Source: Octopus vulgaris (Eukaryota). Taken from it: a DNA stretch of 64,000 bases. The position numbers and the translations under genes were made by a program. The notes under the pieces were generated by a model, which saw nothing but the letters and a program-made list of their open reading frames with translations, did not search any database and was not told the DNA's origin. Positions 1 to 11,665 of the stretch are shown here, in pieces; the first letter of the stretch is position 1; every line of letters starts with the position of its first letter. Location of the stretch: assembly GCA_951406725.2 (NCBI GenBank), contig OX597825.1, positions 10,912,001 through 10,976,000 on the forward strand, given 5' to 3'.

Positions 1-1834
1 ATGCATGTATTAGATTATGGTATAACTTTATTTGGTGTGTGTAATCAAAGAGAGTTTTTAACTTTCTGGTAGTCAGTGGTGGCTCATAGATAAAATTAGT
101 TGGGTTGCTGCTTCAGAAAATTTTTAGCTGTTGTTTTAATATTTTGTAAAAGGAAACAAACATAAAAAGAAAATTTATGCATAAACTTGATTGGTTCGTG
201 TTTTAACCACTGCCGGGTAGTGTGTTTAATTTGTTCACTGAACATCACTGTGAATTCCCCCTTGATTTTCAAAAATCCTCCCTGAATCACAAAATAAGGG
301 ACAGGAGTGGAATTCTGCTCTATTTTTCAAATCTTGGCAGTAACACTGTAGCTGGAAGCAGGATAATAATCTAATTCTACACTTTATCACATTCAAGAAT
401 ATAAACACGTTTTTAAACACAACACATGCGGAGTCAAAAAGAAACACTATTTTTTACCTATACACCAGGGTTGGTACTGTGTGGATGATAGTGCTCTCTC
501 TCCCTAGTGTACAGCTTCCTATCTCGGACATGTGTGCATGCGTACAACAGCCAAACACTGCATTACTGGAACTGTGAAGTGTACAGTTCTATGCAAGGAT
601 TTTTGTATTTTTTTCATAAATTAGGCTACTGACATTAAGCTTAAGAATTATATAATGTACAAGTATAAAGAGAGAATTAAAGAAAAAAAGGACTCATTAT
701 ATTGAATGTTATTGATAATATTGAGTGGAAATAGGGGATGCTGCAGTCCCACAGTGCTTATATGCAAGCTGTGACTGCTGGTAGCAGAATGTATTGGAGT
801 TCATGAAGTTCACATTCTGTTTTTGCTGTTGTTGTTGTTGGAGTTAATGTTCAAGTTAAGACTAATTCCAGTTAACCTATCACTTTAGTATGTTAAGTTC
901 AATTTCTTAAAGTTGAAACTATTTTTTTAACTATTTAGCTTAAACCACTGCGAACTTGATAGCTAGGTCATTAACATGCATAGCATATGATGAGCATGAA
1001 CTGAGAATGGGTTTTAAAAGCTACAAACATTTATAAGCCTAACAACCTCTTGCTGTCTGCTGTAAAAAAAAAAAAAAAAATTCATTCCTAAATAGGGCAG
1101 GCTATTGGTGTCGACTGGTCTTATTACCAAGTCTGAAAGGTAAAAGCTAAAATCTGTCAGAAGTGTGTTTACCTTGTGAAAAATGACAACTTTCATTAAA
1201 TCTCATCTAAGTCACTAAGAAACCTTATAACTTTGAATTTCCTTGTAATTTGTCCAGAGTATGTAAACCAACATCTATGTGTTTTCATTTGGTGTTAGAT
1301 TAATATTTAATTAGTACCTACATCATGAGAATTCATAAGCAGTTTAATAAGGACCTAACAAAGTGCACTGAACTATGGGGATGGCTTAGGATTGAGGGAA
1401 TTCAGAAGGAAGGTAAAAATTATGATGTTTATGTAAACAGGTGAAGAAATGTTAGAAGTTGGTTGTTAGAAAATAACCCGAGAAAAAATGTCAGAAGCCT
1501 TGTATGACAAGGTAGTTGGGGTTAGTCTAAACTAAAGACTTTGCCTCATTGAAAAAAAGTAGGTTGATGTAAACTTCTGGAATCATTAGGAAATATGTGG
1601 AAAATAAAAGCAAGCTAGTGAGAGAGAAAATGAAAACCAGACAAGTAGAGGAACATCTCTGTAGTTATGACCTGTGCTCTCGCAACAAACTCTTGGCAGG
1701 CTGAATATTTTAAGTTGTAACTCTAAGTATGTTTTACTATAAGGAAAAACATTGTATCTATATTAGTATGTCAATAATGCAATCAGGTTGGTTCTGAGTC
1801 TGCATGCAAGGCATATCTTCATCCATGAGATTAA

Positions 1835-2056
1835 CCCTTTCGTTACTGTATTTATTTTGAGATGCTCTGTGTTTCTTTCAATTAATTTTAAATATAACAA
1901 AAAATTTAGTAAAATAACTTAGTTATCATTGAGCCAATGTTAGGAACATAAATTGTGACTAAGGTTTAGTGGAAGATTTGAATTCAAAACTTATGAAAGC
2001 AAGACATTTATACTAAAGAGCCAGAGTCGGTTTCAGCCGGGTTGGTAACGAAAGGG
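1835..2056. mobile_element. piggyBac-like MITE
   Basis: TTAA on both sides (1831-1834, 2057-2060); 12-bp TIR CCCTTTCGTTAC...GTAACGAAAGGG. Confidence 0.85.
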
Positions 2057-2644
2057 TTAATGAGCCAACGAGAGCACCTTTATGTGGTTGCTCAACCTGT
2101 TAGAAATATCAACTAGATATCCCTCAAATCATACCCTATTGTCTTAAAAATAGAAAGGACACATTTGACAATGTAGTTTTGGATTACAAAGAGAGGATGG
2201 TCATGGTTGGAACATCTTTGCTCATAAGTCTCTTCAATCATTGTTGACCTTGATTAAATGACAACGATGATTGCAGTTATCTAATTCTGATAGTAGCACC
2301 TACAGCTGAGGAAGGCTTCAAAAGGCTAAGTGTATTACCTCTTCTCAGAACAATTGATAACAGTAAAAGTCTGACTTATTTCTGATAACCCAGCCAAGTG
2401 GATTGCTGACTCATAAGAGATTTCTCCTCTGATCAATGCCGCAGACACTGAAAAATGAGTATAGCTCCCCAGGGTGGTTCTGCTTTGTGTTGTGCTTAGG
2501 ATTTGAACTCAGTAACATTCAAGAGTAAAATATCATAATTAGATTGAACAAAAACGTTTGTCTTCTTGAATATGGTTGTGCCTATGTAAATGTTTGTGTG
2601 TGTAAAAACAATTAATAATAATATTCCATTATTAATGTTTTCAG

Positions 2645-2821
2645 AGTTGACCATTGGAATAATGAATTGGAAAAACTGGTGATTCTTACTGACGATTCTC
2701 TGTTGATTTTCAAGTACAACTTCATCACTCAGAAAGTACTCTTGTACAAAAGGATTTTTCTACATTGTATCGACACAGTGAAAATGGGAGATTTTGTTTA
2801 TCCAAATTTCTCTGTGATGCC
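2645..2821 (+). CDS. TPRG1L: Internal coding exon of a TPRG1L/mover-like (hSac2-domain) gene
   Basis: Flanked by a tttcag acceptor and a gtaagt donor. The 177 nt translate to (E)VDHWNNELEKLVILTDDSLLIFKYNFITQKVLLYKRIFLHCIDTVKMGDFVYPNFSVM(P), matching the TPRG1/TPRG1L motif EVDHWNNEKERLVL..CKYDF..VDT..GEF.FP as I recall it. No upstream exon was found in the window. Confidence 0.9.
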
Positions 2822-3024
2822 GTAAGTATCTAAGAGATGTTTTCTTGTTTTATGACTCAAGTTTGAGAAAAAGAGCTGTGTCCATAACCTTTTCGCAGCT
2901 CACCCCTTTGAGACTAGTTAGGGAAAGGAAGAAAACCCTCTTCAATATTCATAAAACAGGGGACTTGGTCCAAATACGTGTAACAGAAGAGGATTCTTTA
3001 TGGGCCCAGGAGATGGTTTAAGTT

Positions 3025-3081
3025 GACTTTCTAAGAATAAAGGACTTTCTAAGAATAAAGGACTTCCTAAGAATAAAGGAC
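3025..3081 (+). repeat. 18-bp tandem repeat x3 (GACTTTCTAAGAATAAAG)
   Basis: Three near-identical adjacent units. Confidence 0.9.
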
Positions 3082-3639
3082 AGTGTTGACTTGGGGTCAA
3101 ACAACAACATTAACAGCAACAACAGTCAGACTTGTAGATAATTGCTAGTTTAATGAATCACCGTGACACGAAAAAATGCTTATATTACATTTTATGTTTT
3201 TATGTAGATTTTATTGGAAAATGGCACCAACAATGCCTAGTTATGAGATTTAATTACAACTGAGAAAGAAAGCAGGTTCAAGCAGTTTTCTGTTTAAATT
3301 TCCAATTATTCATTGTTTCATTTATAAAATTGTTGTTGTTGTTGCTGGTGTTGTTTAATGTGAGGTCAATTCTGATTGAACAGATCTATTACAGATGTCA
3401 CCAGGATCTTAGCTGTAACTACTACCTCTTCCTTTTATAGTTATCATAATGCTATGTTATCTAATTTGTTCTTTCCTTACTAGTCGTATGTGAGTTGATA
3501 GAGATTTGACTGCTATTTCTATTGTAGAGAGTCCATCATTAGGGTAAGTTGTTATAAATGCAATTTACTCCTTCATTATTAAGTTTACAGATTGAGCTGA
3601 TATTGGCTAGACAGGCATCTCCAACTAGCAGGCCATACT

Positions 3640-3685
3640 ACTCCTGACTGATGACGAGCAAAGACTCAGAAACTAGTCTCTGAGT
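3640..3685 (+). ncRNA. Degenerate type I hammerhead ribozyme motif (Penelope-like)
   Basis: CTGATGA (3648-3654), GAG/CTC stem II, GAAAC-TA-GTC with palindromic ACTAGT stem III, imperfect stem I (actc..ga / tc..gagt). Confidence 0.5.
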
Positions 3686-3926
3686 GCAGGCTTAGCTGGG
3701 TGGAGGTGTTTATCTCCCCCTTGTAAACATAAGGACACAAGAAATGTGTCAAGGCCGACAGCAAGCGTTAGTGCTTCCTAGGGCTAAATAGCAGTAGTGT
3801 GATTCCCTTCATGGGACTGTCACATTAAGTTGACAGTATACAACTACTCTATCATACCACTACTGCATATATCTCTCCGAGATATTTAGAAATGTAATAT
3901 TTATATATATATATATATATATATAT

Positions 3927-4130
3927 ACTTTATTTAAAAGCAGTAGAAAATTCAACAAAACCTATTACTCTGAGAATCTAGCAAAAACTGTCTGACGAAC
4001 GAGAACATGAAACTCAGAGTAACAGGTTTTGTTGAATTTTCTGCTGCTTTTAAATAAAGCATATTACTCTACCCCTGGTATTTGAGTACTCTTTTTCCCA
4101 CCTTGTTTCACATTTATGTGTTTACTCCGG
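3927..4130 (+). mobile_element. Penelope-like element end with inverted duplication, inserted in (TA)n
   Basis: 3927-3974 is the near-perfect reverse complement of 4013-4059. Contains a hammerhead motif and is flanked by TA microsatellite. Confidence 0.55.
3988..4025 (+). ncRNA. Type I hammerhead ribozyme motif
   Basis: CTGT-CTGACGA-ACG-AGAA-CAT-GAAACTCAGAGTA-ACAG. Stem I is CTGT/ACAG, stem II is ACG/CAT (one likely CpG-decay mismatch), stem III is ACTC/GAGT, and the cleavage triplet is GTA. Confidence 0.65.
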
Positions 4131-4141
4131 TATATATATAT

Positions 4142-4187
<46 letters not shown>

Positions 4188-4455
4188 AGGGAGGGAGGGA
4201 GGGAGGGAGATAGTGAAGTGGTACTGAGGTTTGTTTCGTAATCATAAGGTGGTGGGTTTCATGTCAATATTACACCTTTGACGATCTTCTGATGGCTGCT
4301 TGTCACACCTGCTGATTCTACCTGAACATTATTTGAAGGATACAAAGTGTCCGGAATACTCCATCACTGATACTTCATATAACAGTTCAATGATTAGATA
4401 TTTGATTGATCATTCGTAAATCAATATCAACATGAAAGTCCATCAATTACAACAC

Positions 4456-4508
<53 letters not shown>

Positions 4509-5887
4509 CACTCACTCACACACATACACACACACACACATCGATGTTTATTTTTATGTCAAGTTATAAAAAAATTTGCACTGAAGAGAAGAATTGTACT
4601 TTTTGTAGAGTACATTATACTTTTACAAGATGAGTGTTGACAGTGACTTCAAAGTCTTGGCCTCTTAGCATGCAGATAACTTCGAAGTCACTGTCACCCC
4701 TCTTATTATAAAGTATTATAAATATATATATGTGTGTGTGGGGGGGGGGAGTCTATTATTTTGTTGCATGCCTGTGTGTGAATTGAGTAAGTGCTTCCTT
4801 ATTCATAATGTTTTATGTCATATAAAAGCATAGAAACGAAACTGTACACACATTGCCTTCGATTACATTATATCCAGACATGAAATATGTTATGTATATA
4901 TATGAGAGACAAAAACTTGATGATGAGGATGATGACAACTACGATTACAACGATGATGATAATAATAATAATAATAATAAAATGATTTCATTTATTTGCC
5001 ACAAGGACGAAGGATGAGGCGGGGGGGGGGACTTTTATAGGTATATTAGAGAAGGAAATGGCTATTCTCAGCTGGTAGATGTTTTATCTATATCCTTGTG
5101 CTGGCTTTTCAATTAATAATTCACACAAGTTCTTCAACAGGAACCGATACTACCATAAACCCGATATCCGTCATTGTGCAGTTTCCTGGTCAAGTTTGAA
5201 ATTACTCAGTCAGGTTGTGATGCTGATACGATGCCACAATGTCCTTCAATGTTGTTAACTCTCTCTCTCTCTCTCTCTCTCCTTCCCCCTGTCTGTCTGT
5301 CTGTCTGTCTCTGGTGTTTGTTTGTTTGTTTGTTTAGTTAGTCAAGACACTCTACTTCATCTATTATTTATTCCTTCTGACTGAGCAACAATTGCTGGAA
5401 AATAAAGCAGCTAATTCCCCATGCCTAATAGCTTCTTTACAGAACGAGGAGTAAAAAAGCTGTTGTTGATATTATTTAGCCCCCCCAGAGCAACCAACAC
5501 CAAGAAAACCTTCATGGCTTTTTTTTTTTGTAATCTATGCTGCAGAACCAGGTTGCATTATAAAGGTGTGTGTATGTGTATGTTGTGTGTGTGTGTGTGT
5601 GTGATCAGTAGAAGGACAAGCCACAGTTGTGAATAAATAATGATGGTGATGAGGATAATAATTCTGTGTAATTTTGGGACAAGGCCAGCAATTTTGAGCG
5701 GGGAGGTGGGTGCAAGTTGATTACATTGATCTCGGTGCCCAACTGGTATTTATTTTATCGGTTCCAGAAGGGTGAATGACAAAGTTGATCTTGGCAGGAT
5801 TTGAACTCAGAATGTAACGAGTCAGAAGAAATGCCACCAAGCATTTTATCTGGCCTGCTAACAATTCTGCCAGCTTGCCACCTTAGT

Positions 5888-5918
<31 letters not shown>

Positions 5919-6915
5919 ATTTTAATAATAATAATGATCCTTTCTATTGGAGGCACCAGGTCTGGAAGTTTGGAGGGAGAGGGGACGAGTTGATTACATT
6001 GACCCCAGTATTTCACTAGATTTTGTAAAATGTTTGTCGAATGACAACTCTTAATGGTGTTGCTGCAGTCAAGGTAACCTCTCTAGTGTTGGTGCAATTA
6101 TAAAACACTCCCAGTACAATTTGTAAAGTGGTCAGTGAATGTATGGAGACTATGATGGGTTTAGGAAACTCCTTAGCATTGACCAGGACATGACAACATC
6201 CTCTAGTTTTGGTGTTGGGATAAAATGCATGAAGGACACCATGTAAAGTGGCTGGCAATAGGAAAGCTGTAGAAGATATGCCATATATGGAATTTGAAAG
6301 CCAGAAGTAACCTCAACCAACCCGCAAAGTCAACCTCGGTGGAATTTGAACTCAGAACGTAACGGCAGACGAAATACGGTTACTCATTCCACCCGGTGTA
6401 CTAATGTTTCTGCCAGCTCGCTGCCTTGTAAAAGTGGCTAACGATGATGGTGGTGGTGATATCTTATGAGACTAGGATCTGTCCTTGGAAAGTCTTCCAG
6501 CCCAAAGTGAGGCAACACTGGGAGTGCCCTCAGCAGAGTGCAGCCTGTGCTAGAGTGCATAGAAAACCCACAGTTGCCCATGTAGCTGTTCTCTGCCCTC
6601 CATGGTGCTGATGTTGTAAGCTACAGAATGCTATAAACATAACCATGTTGATTTTGATGTTTCATTGCCTTTCCTCACACCACTTCCAGCCTGGTGCAGT
6701 AGTGTCACACCTCTTCAGAGACTAACAAAAATACCCGGTTAAATGAGAACATAATTATCAATTATAATGCTTTCTCCCAGTCTAAAAACTCTCAAGTCTT
6801 TCCACTGTCCTTGTTATACTAGTTATAATAGCACTTCCCCACAAAGCTCTTGAGGGGTCTAATCAAAATAATTTTGGTGTCATAGCAACAATAAAGGAGA
6901 AATAGATAGATAGAT

Positions 6916-6949
<34 letters not shown>

Positions 6950-7613
6950 TGTATGTTATGCCTAGTTTGTTTATTTATGTTGGTTTGCAAGTGCAAAACA
7001 AGTGCTTTCACCTACATTTGCTACAAGGTTTACCTGGGTGACCTTATCAGGGATGAGTACTGAGTGCTTCAGTTTAAACAGTGCTAATAAGTAACCATGT
7101 AGAAATAAAGGAGACGAAGACGGAACGTATATCTGGAGGTCATCAAAATTGATATTAATTACTGGGATAATTAAAGGGCTGGATTTGCTGTGGTGAGAGT
7201 AGAATTGATAACAAGCATTAATTATAATTTTAGTTTTACCACTATTCTCATTGTCATCGTTCAGTTTCTCATCTCTTTTGTAGTCTGTCTATGGTATGGG
7301 TTGGACAGATTTTTAAATTTACAATATTTCATTCTTCAAAATTGCATAGATATTACAGTGTGTAAGTTATTGTTATATAAGCACAAAGTCAAAGGTCAAG
7401 CCAGATTGAAGAGAACTGTGGTCAAAAATATTCTATCCGTGATCATCCCATCTTTTTGTGTATCTGCGACTACATTTGAGCCTGATATGGCCAGTTTAAA
7501 TGTGAAAGAGTTAAAGGTGCACAGTGTGTGGAATACTCAGGCACTTACGCACTAATTCAATGAAATACAATATCTCAGTTGATCAAACAACTGAATATTC
7601 TTTGTGAACATCA

Positions 7614-8020
7614 GCAAGAGTGGCTGTGTGGTAAGTAGCTTGCTAACCAACCACATGGTTCCAGGTTCAGTCCCACTGCGTGGCATCTTGGGCAAGTGTC
7701 TTCTGCTATAGCCCCGGGCCGACCAATGCCTTGTGAGTGGATTTGGTAGACGGAAACTGAAAGAAGCCTGTCGTATATATGTATATATATATATATATGT
7801 ATATGTGTGTCTATGTTTGTCCCCCTAGCATTGCTTGACAACCGATGCTGGTGTGTTTACGTCCCCGTCACTTAGCGGTTCGGCAAAAGAGACCGATAGA
7901 ATAAGCACTGGGCTTACAAAGAATAAGTCCCGGGGTCGATTTGCTCGACTAAAGGCGGTGCTCCAGCATGGCCGCAGTCAAAATGACTGAAACAAGTAAA
8001 AGAGTAAAAGAGTAAAAGAG
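7614..8020 (+). mobile_element. SINE family A (tRNA-like head, internal TA/TG microsatellite, (GTAAAAGA)n tail)
   Basis: Near-identical to copies at 14550-14968, 28753-29169(-), 30952-31739(-) and 56189-56618(-); has a B-box-like GGTTCAGTCCC. Confidence 0.85.
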
Positions 8021-9544
8021 AGATGCATTTTACTGTTTTTACCGTTTTGAAAAGGGAAGGACACATTAGATGATGTAATCTTCGATAAACAATGCTTGAC
8101 TGATGGATGGAATGGTCATCACTGGAATGCCTTTGATCGTATGTCTGTTCAGTCAAAGCTGAGCTTAGGCTCAACAACAACAACAACAATTCTGTAAACA
8201 GTGCAAATTAAAGTTTCATAATATTTGGTCATCCCTGTTTATCAGCCGAGAGAATCCGATGACATGGAAGCAATTAATGAAAGCAATTGATTGATGTTCC
8301 TAGCAGTGGTCGTTCCATTTTCATAAGTTGACCATATTGATATTATGGACTTCTGACTCACCAATTGTTTGAGTACATGTTTCATTGTTTATTTGAACTG
8401 TACACTTAATTGCATATGTCTGGCTTCCCTTAAATGTCAGGAGCAGTTATCAGATCTGTGAATGTTGATCCTCTCCAGGGGGAGATTTTCCCCTCATCCA
8501 GTAAATGCCATGAAACTGGAGTTACAGTGTATAGATTAAAAGTCCCTTGATGGAGCTTAGGAAACAGCCAGTCATTTATCTTTATTGTAAGGTATGTTAT
8601 AAGATTAAGTATCTAAAACATGTGGTATCCATTTTGAAGATGCTAGGATATTTGTGGCCGGAGAAACAACAATCCAGTGAAATGATTATGTGGACACTCA
8701 CATATTGACTTGAATTTAATATAATAATATTATATAAAGTGTTGACATCCTTTATTGTCATCGATATTATGGTGATACTCATAATCAATATCTGTGGCTG
8801 GAACGCTGATGTCAATCAAATTCAATAATTGTCTGCGTTGACCATGAACAGAGCATCCAGTGAAGTCGTTACAGTGGTGGTTTAGTTTTGTGCCATATTT
8901 ATTTATATGAATATATGTGGTATGTAGAAGTGGTGGGGGAGCATCTGTGAGAAATGAACATTTATTTTTTAACCTGTTTCACACACAATCTCAAAATTGA
9001 ACTGATTACCGAATGCAAGAAATGCTAAATTGCTATTGAATAAAAAATAACACATCCACCTTCCCTTCGAGGAGAAGTAATGCAATTTATCTATGTTTGG
9101 TGCAACAAATGATAGGAAAAAAATATAGATAATGTAGGATTGGCTTTTTATGGTTATTGATTGCATGAAGATAATCAAATGTTTAATATACACTTAGTCT
9201 GAATCAATATGATTAATATTAATACCAAATATTGTGAAGCTGGATACTAATTATTCCCTGAAGGGTTCTCCTACATAGCAACATAATTTACTGTGAATGT
9301 ACTTTGGGTGTTTGCACTGGAGAAAGAAAGACTAGCTTAGAGAGATGTCGGTAAACATCACTAACGGTCCCTTGAGTGCCGTTAGTAGAGTTCATTCTGT
9401 TGCAAGGATTCAGATCAGGTGTGTAGTCTGAAGGTAATTTATTCCTTTCCTCCAGTTGTCATAAAGGCCCTGGAAAAGGCCAGAAGTATTTCTCTGCCTG
9501 CTCTGACTATTGTCATTGTCATGTATCATACACTTTACAGTGCA

Positions 9545-9939
9545 AGGCGGCAAGCTGGCAGAAACGTTAGTGCGCCGGGTGAAATGCTTAGCGGTATTTC
9601 GTCTGTTGTTACGTTCTGAGTTCAAGTTCCGCTGAGGTCGACTTTGGCTTTCATCCTTTCGGGGTCGATAAATTAAGCACCAGTTATGCACTGGGGTCGA
9701 TGTAATCGACTTAATCCGTTTGTATGTCCTTGTTTGTCCCCTCTATGTTTAGCCCCTTGTGGGTAGTAAAAAAAAAAAAAAATAAGTATTTCGTCTGTCG
9801 TTACGTTCTGAGTTCAAATTCTGCTGAGGTCGACTTTGCTTTCATCCTTTCGGGGTCGATAAATAAAGTACCAGTTTCGCACTGGGGTCGATGTAATCGA
9901 TTTAATCCGTTTGTCTGTCCTTGCTTGTCCCCTCTATGT
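9545..9939 (+). mobile_element. SINE family B with internal tandem duplication
   Basis: GAGTTCAAATTCC B-box-like motif and GCCTTTCATCCTTTCGGGGTCGATAAA core. Other copies at 44693-45106, 46981-47394(-), 59505-59728(-), 61206-61435(-) and 63700-63895(-). Confidence 0.8.
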
Positions 9940-9942
9940 CTC

Positions 9943-10503
9943 ATTGTTCTTGACACAGTCGAGATTTTGTGCAACTGAAACCCGAGAGTCTTTTTGGTCA
10001 GCTAAAAGCAGTTTTGGCAGACACGCGTTTCATACCCAAATCTTTAATGATGATGGACTGAACTGAACCGTAACTAATCTGCACAACCTCTGATTACTCA
10101 TGGGTGGTGATTCAATGATTTCCCTCTCAATTCTGATGGTTGCAGGCTTCCCCGAATGTTTGTCACTATCGACATTTTTTCAGCCATCTTGAAAATATCT
10201 GAACCATTCGTACACTTGTTTGTGGCTCATACACTCCTCTCCATACACTTTCTGCAACTTTGTGTTGGCCTCTGAGCAGGTGTTGCCATGACGACTGTCT
10301 CTGTCATGGTCAATGCGATGATCACACGTTACATACGTTACTTCGAAGCACTGCTGTAAACAGCGGAAGCGAACTAGAATGTTAAAACTTTGTGCACACA
10401 CATAGCAGACATCAATGTCAATCTGTGCCAAGTGACTTCACTCTGTGTGCGTCAGCTTCGTTACCATGGCAACAATCCGGATACTTATTGATCAGATCTC
10501 GTA
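9943..10503 (-). mobile_element. Mariner transposon 5' relic
   Basis: The minus strand begins TACGAGATCTGATCAATAAGTATCCGG (mariner-type TIR). Broken transposase N-terminus KLQKVYGEECMSHKQVYEWFRYFQDG and DLGMKRVSAK. Confidence 0.75.
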
Positions 10504-11622
10504 CAGTAATTGTATATGAATTTCTTTCATTATTACAGGAAAATAAGAATTTACAGAGAACAAATAGTTAAGCCTCTGTTTATCATTAGGTGCTCTCTGT
10601 CTCTACTATTTGTGTTGAGTTCAAATCCCATAAAACTTGACTATCCTTTATCCTTTCAAACTGTTGTTTAAACTCAAGGTCAGTACTGCTTGAGCAGAAC
10701 TATGAGGAAAAGTAGTTCAGCCGAAACCATTATATATGTAATACTATATTAGTCAGTGTAGTTCTAAACATCTTTTTGAAGAAGGTAGGGAGTGATTTAA
10801 GGGAAGTTTGTTTACTACTGATAGGTTGAAGATCCATACCAAGGCTTTTTGTAATTAAAATGATATTAATTGATAACAGGGAAGAATAAATCAGAAAGGC
10901 ATATAACAGATATTGATGGGGAAGTTGTGTGTTCACCTCTTCAGCAAGACAATTGCTCTTCTTCTTTTGTCATACTTTCATAGTCTTCAATACATAATCT
11001 CACTCAGTTGAGGTAGGCCTTGTCTTGCTGGTACTTGGTAACCTCTCTGGTGCTGGTGCCACACAGAAAAGCACTTAGTACGCTCGGTAAAGTGGTTGGC
11101 ATTAGGAAGGGCATTCAGCTGTAGAAACAACACCAAAGCAGACATTGGAGTTCAGTGCTGCCCTCTGGTTTGTCAGTTCATGTTGTACCATCCTATCCAT
11201 TCCAGCATCGGAAAAGGAATGTTAATGCTGATGGTGATGGTGATGATGATGAGATAGCAAGTGCTCAGATTGTACCAGGTATATAAAATTCAATGTTAAA
11301 CAAAATGAGACGGAATCCAAGCAAACATAAGTTGATGATAGGCAGTGTACTGGTTGAACTAATGTAAGTACACTAAACAAAGAGATGGACAGGTAGTTAA
11401 TGACATCGAAGCATTTATAAAACAGTATAAATATATGTTTATGTATTTGTTTTTCTAGATTCTTGATGTGAAAACGTGTGTTGAAACAAATATTGTTATA
11501 CTCTTGTCCTGCCTATTCCATTTTGTCTTTTTGTGGTATGTATCTCTACCTGTGCATGCGTTTATGTTTGTATTCGTGTACAGAGACACAAGTAGGATAA
11601 GAGGAGACACATGGGTCAGAAA

Positions 11623-11665
11623 GTCACTGAAGAGGTCACAGAGTGTGTGATGAAAGAATTTTGAC
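11623..11665 (+). ncRNA. Degenerate hammerhead-like motif
   Basis: GTCA-CTGAAGA-GGTCAC-agagtgt-GTGAT-GAAA-GAATTT-TGAC. Stem I is GTCA/TGAC and stem II is GTCAC/GTGAT; stem III is weak. Confidence 0.4.
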
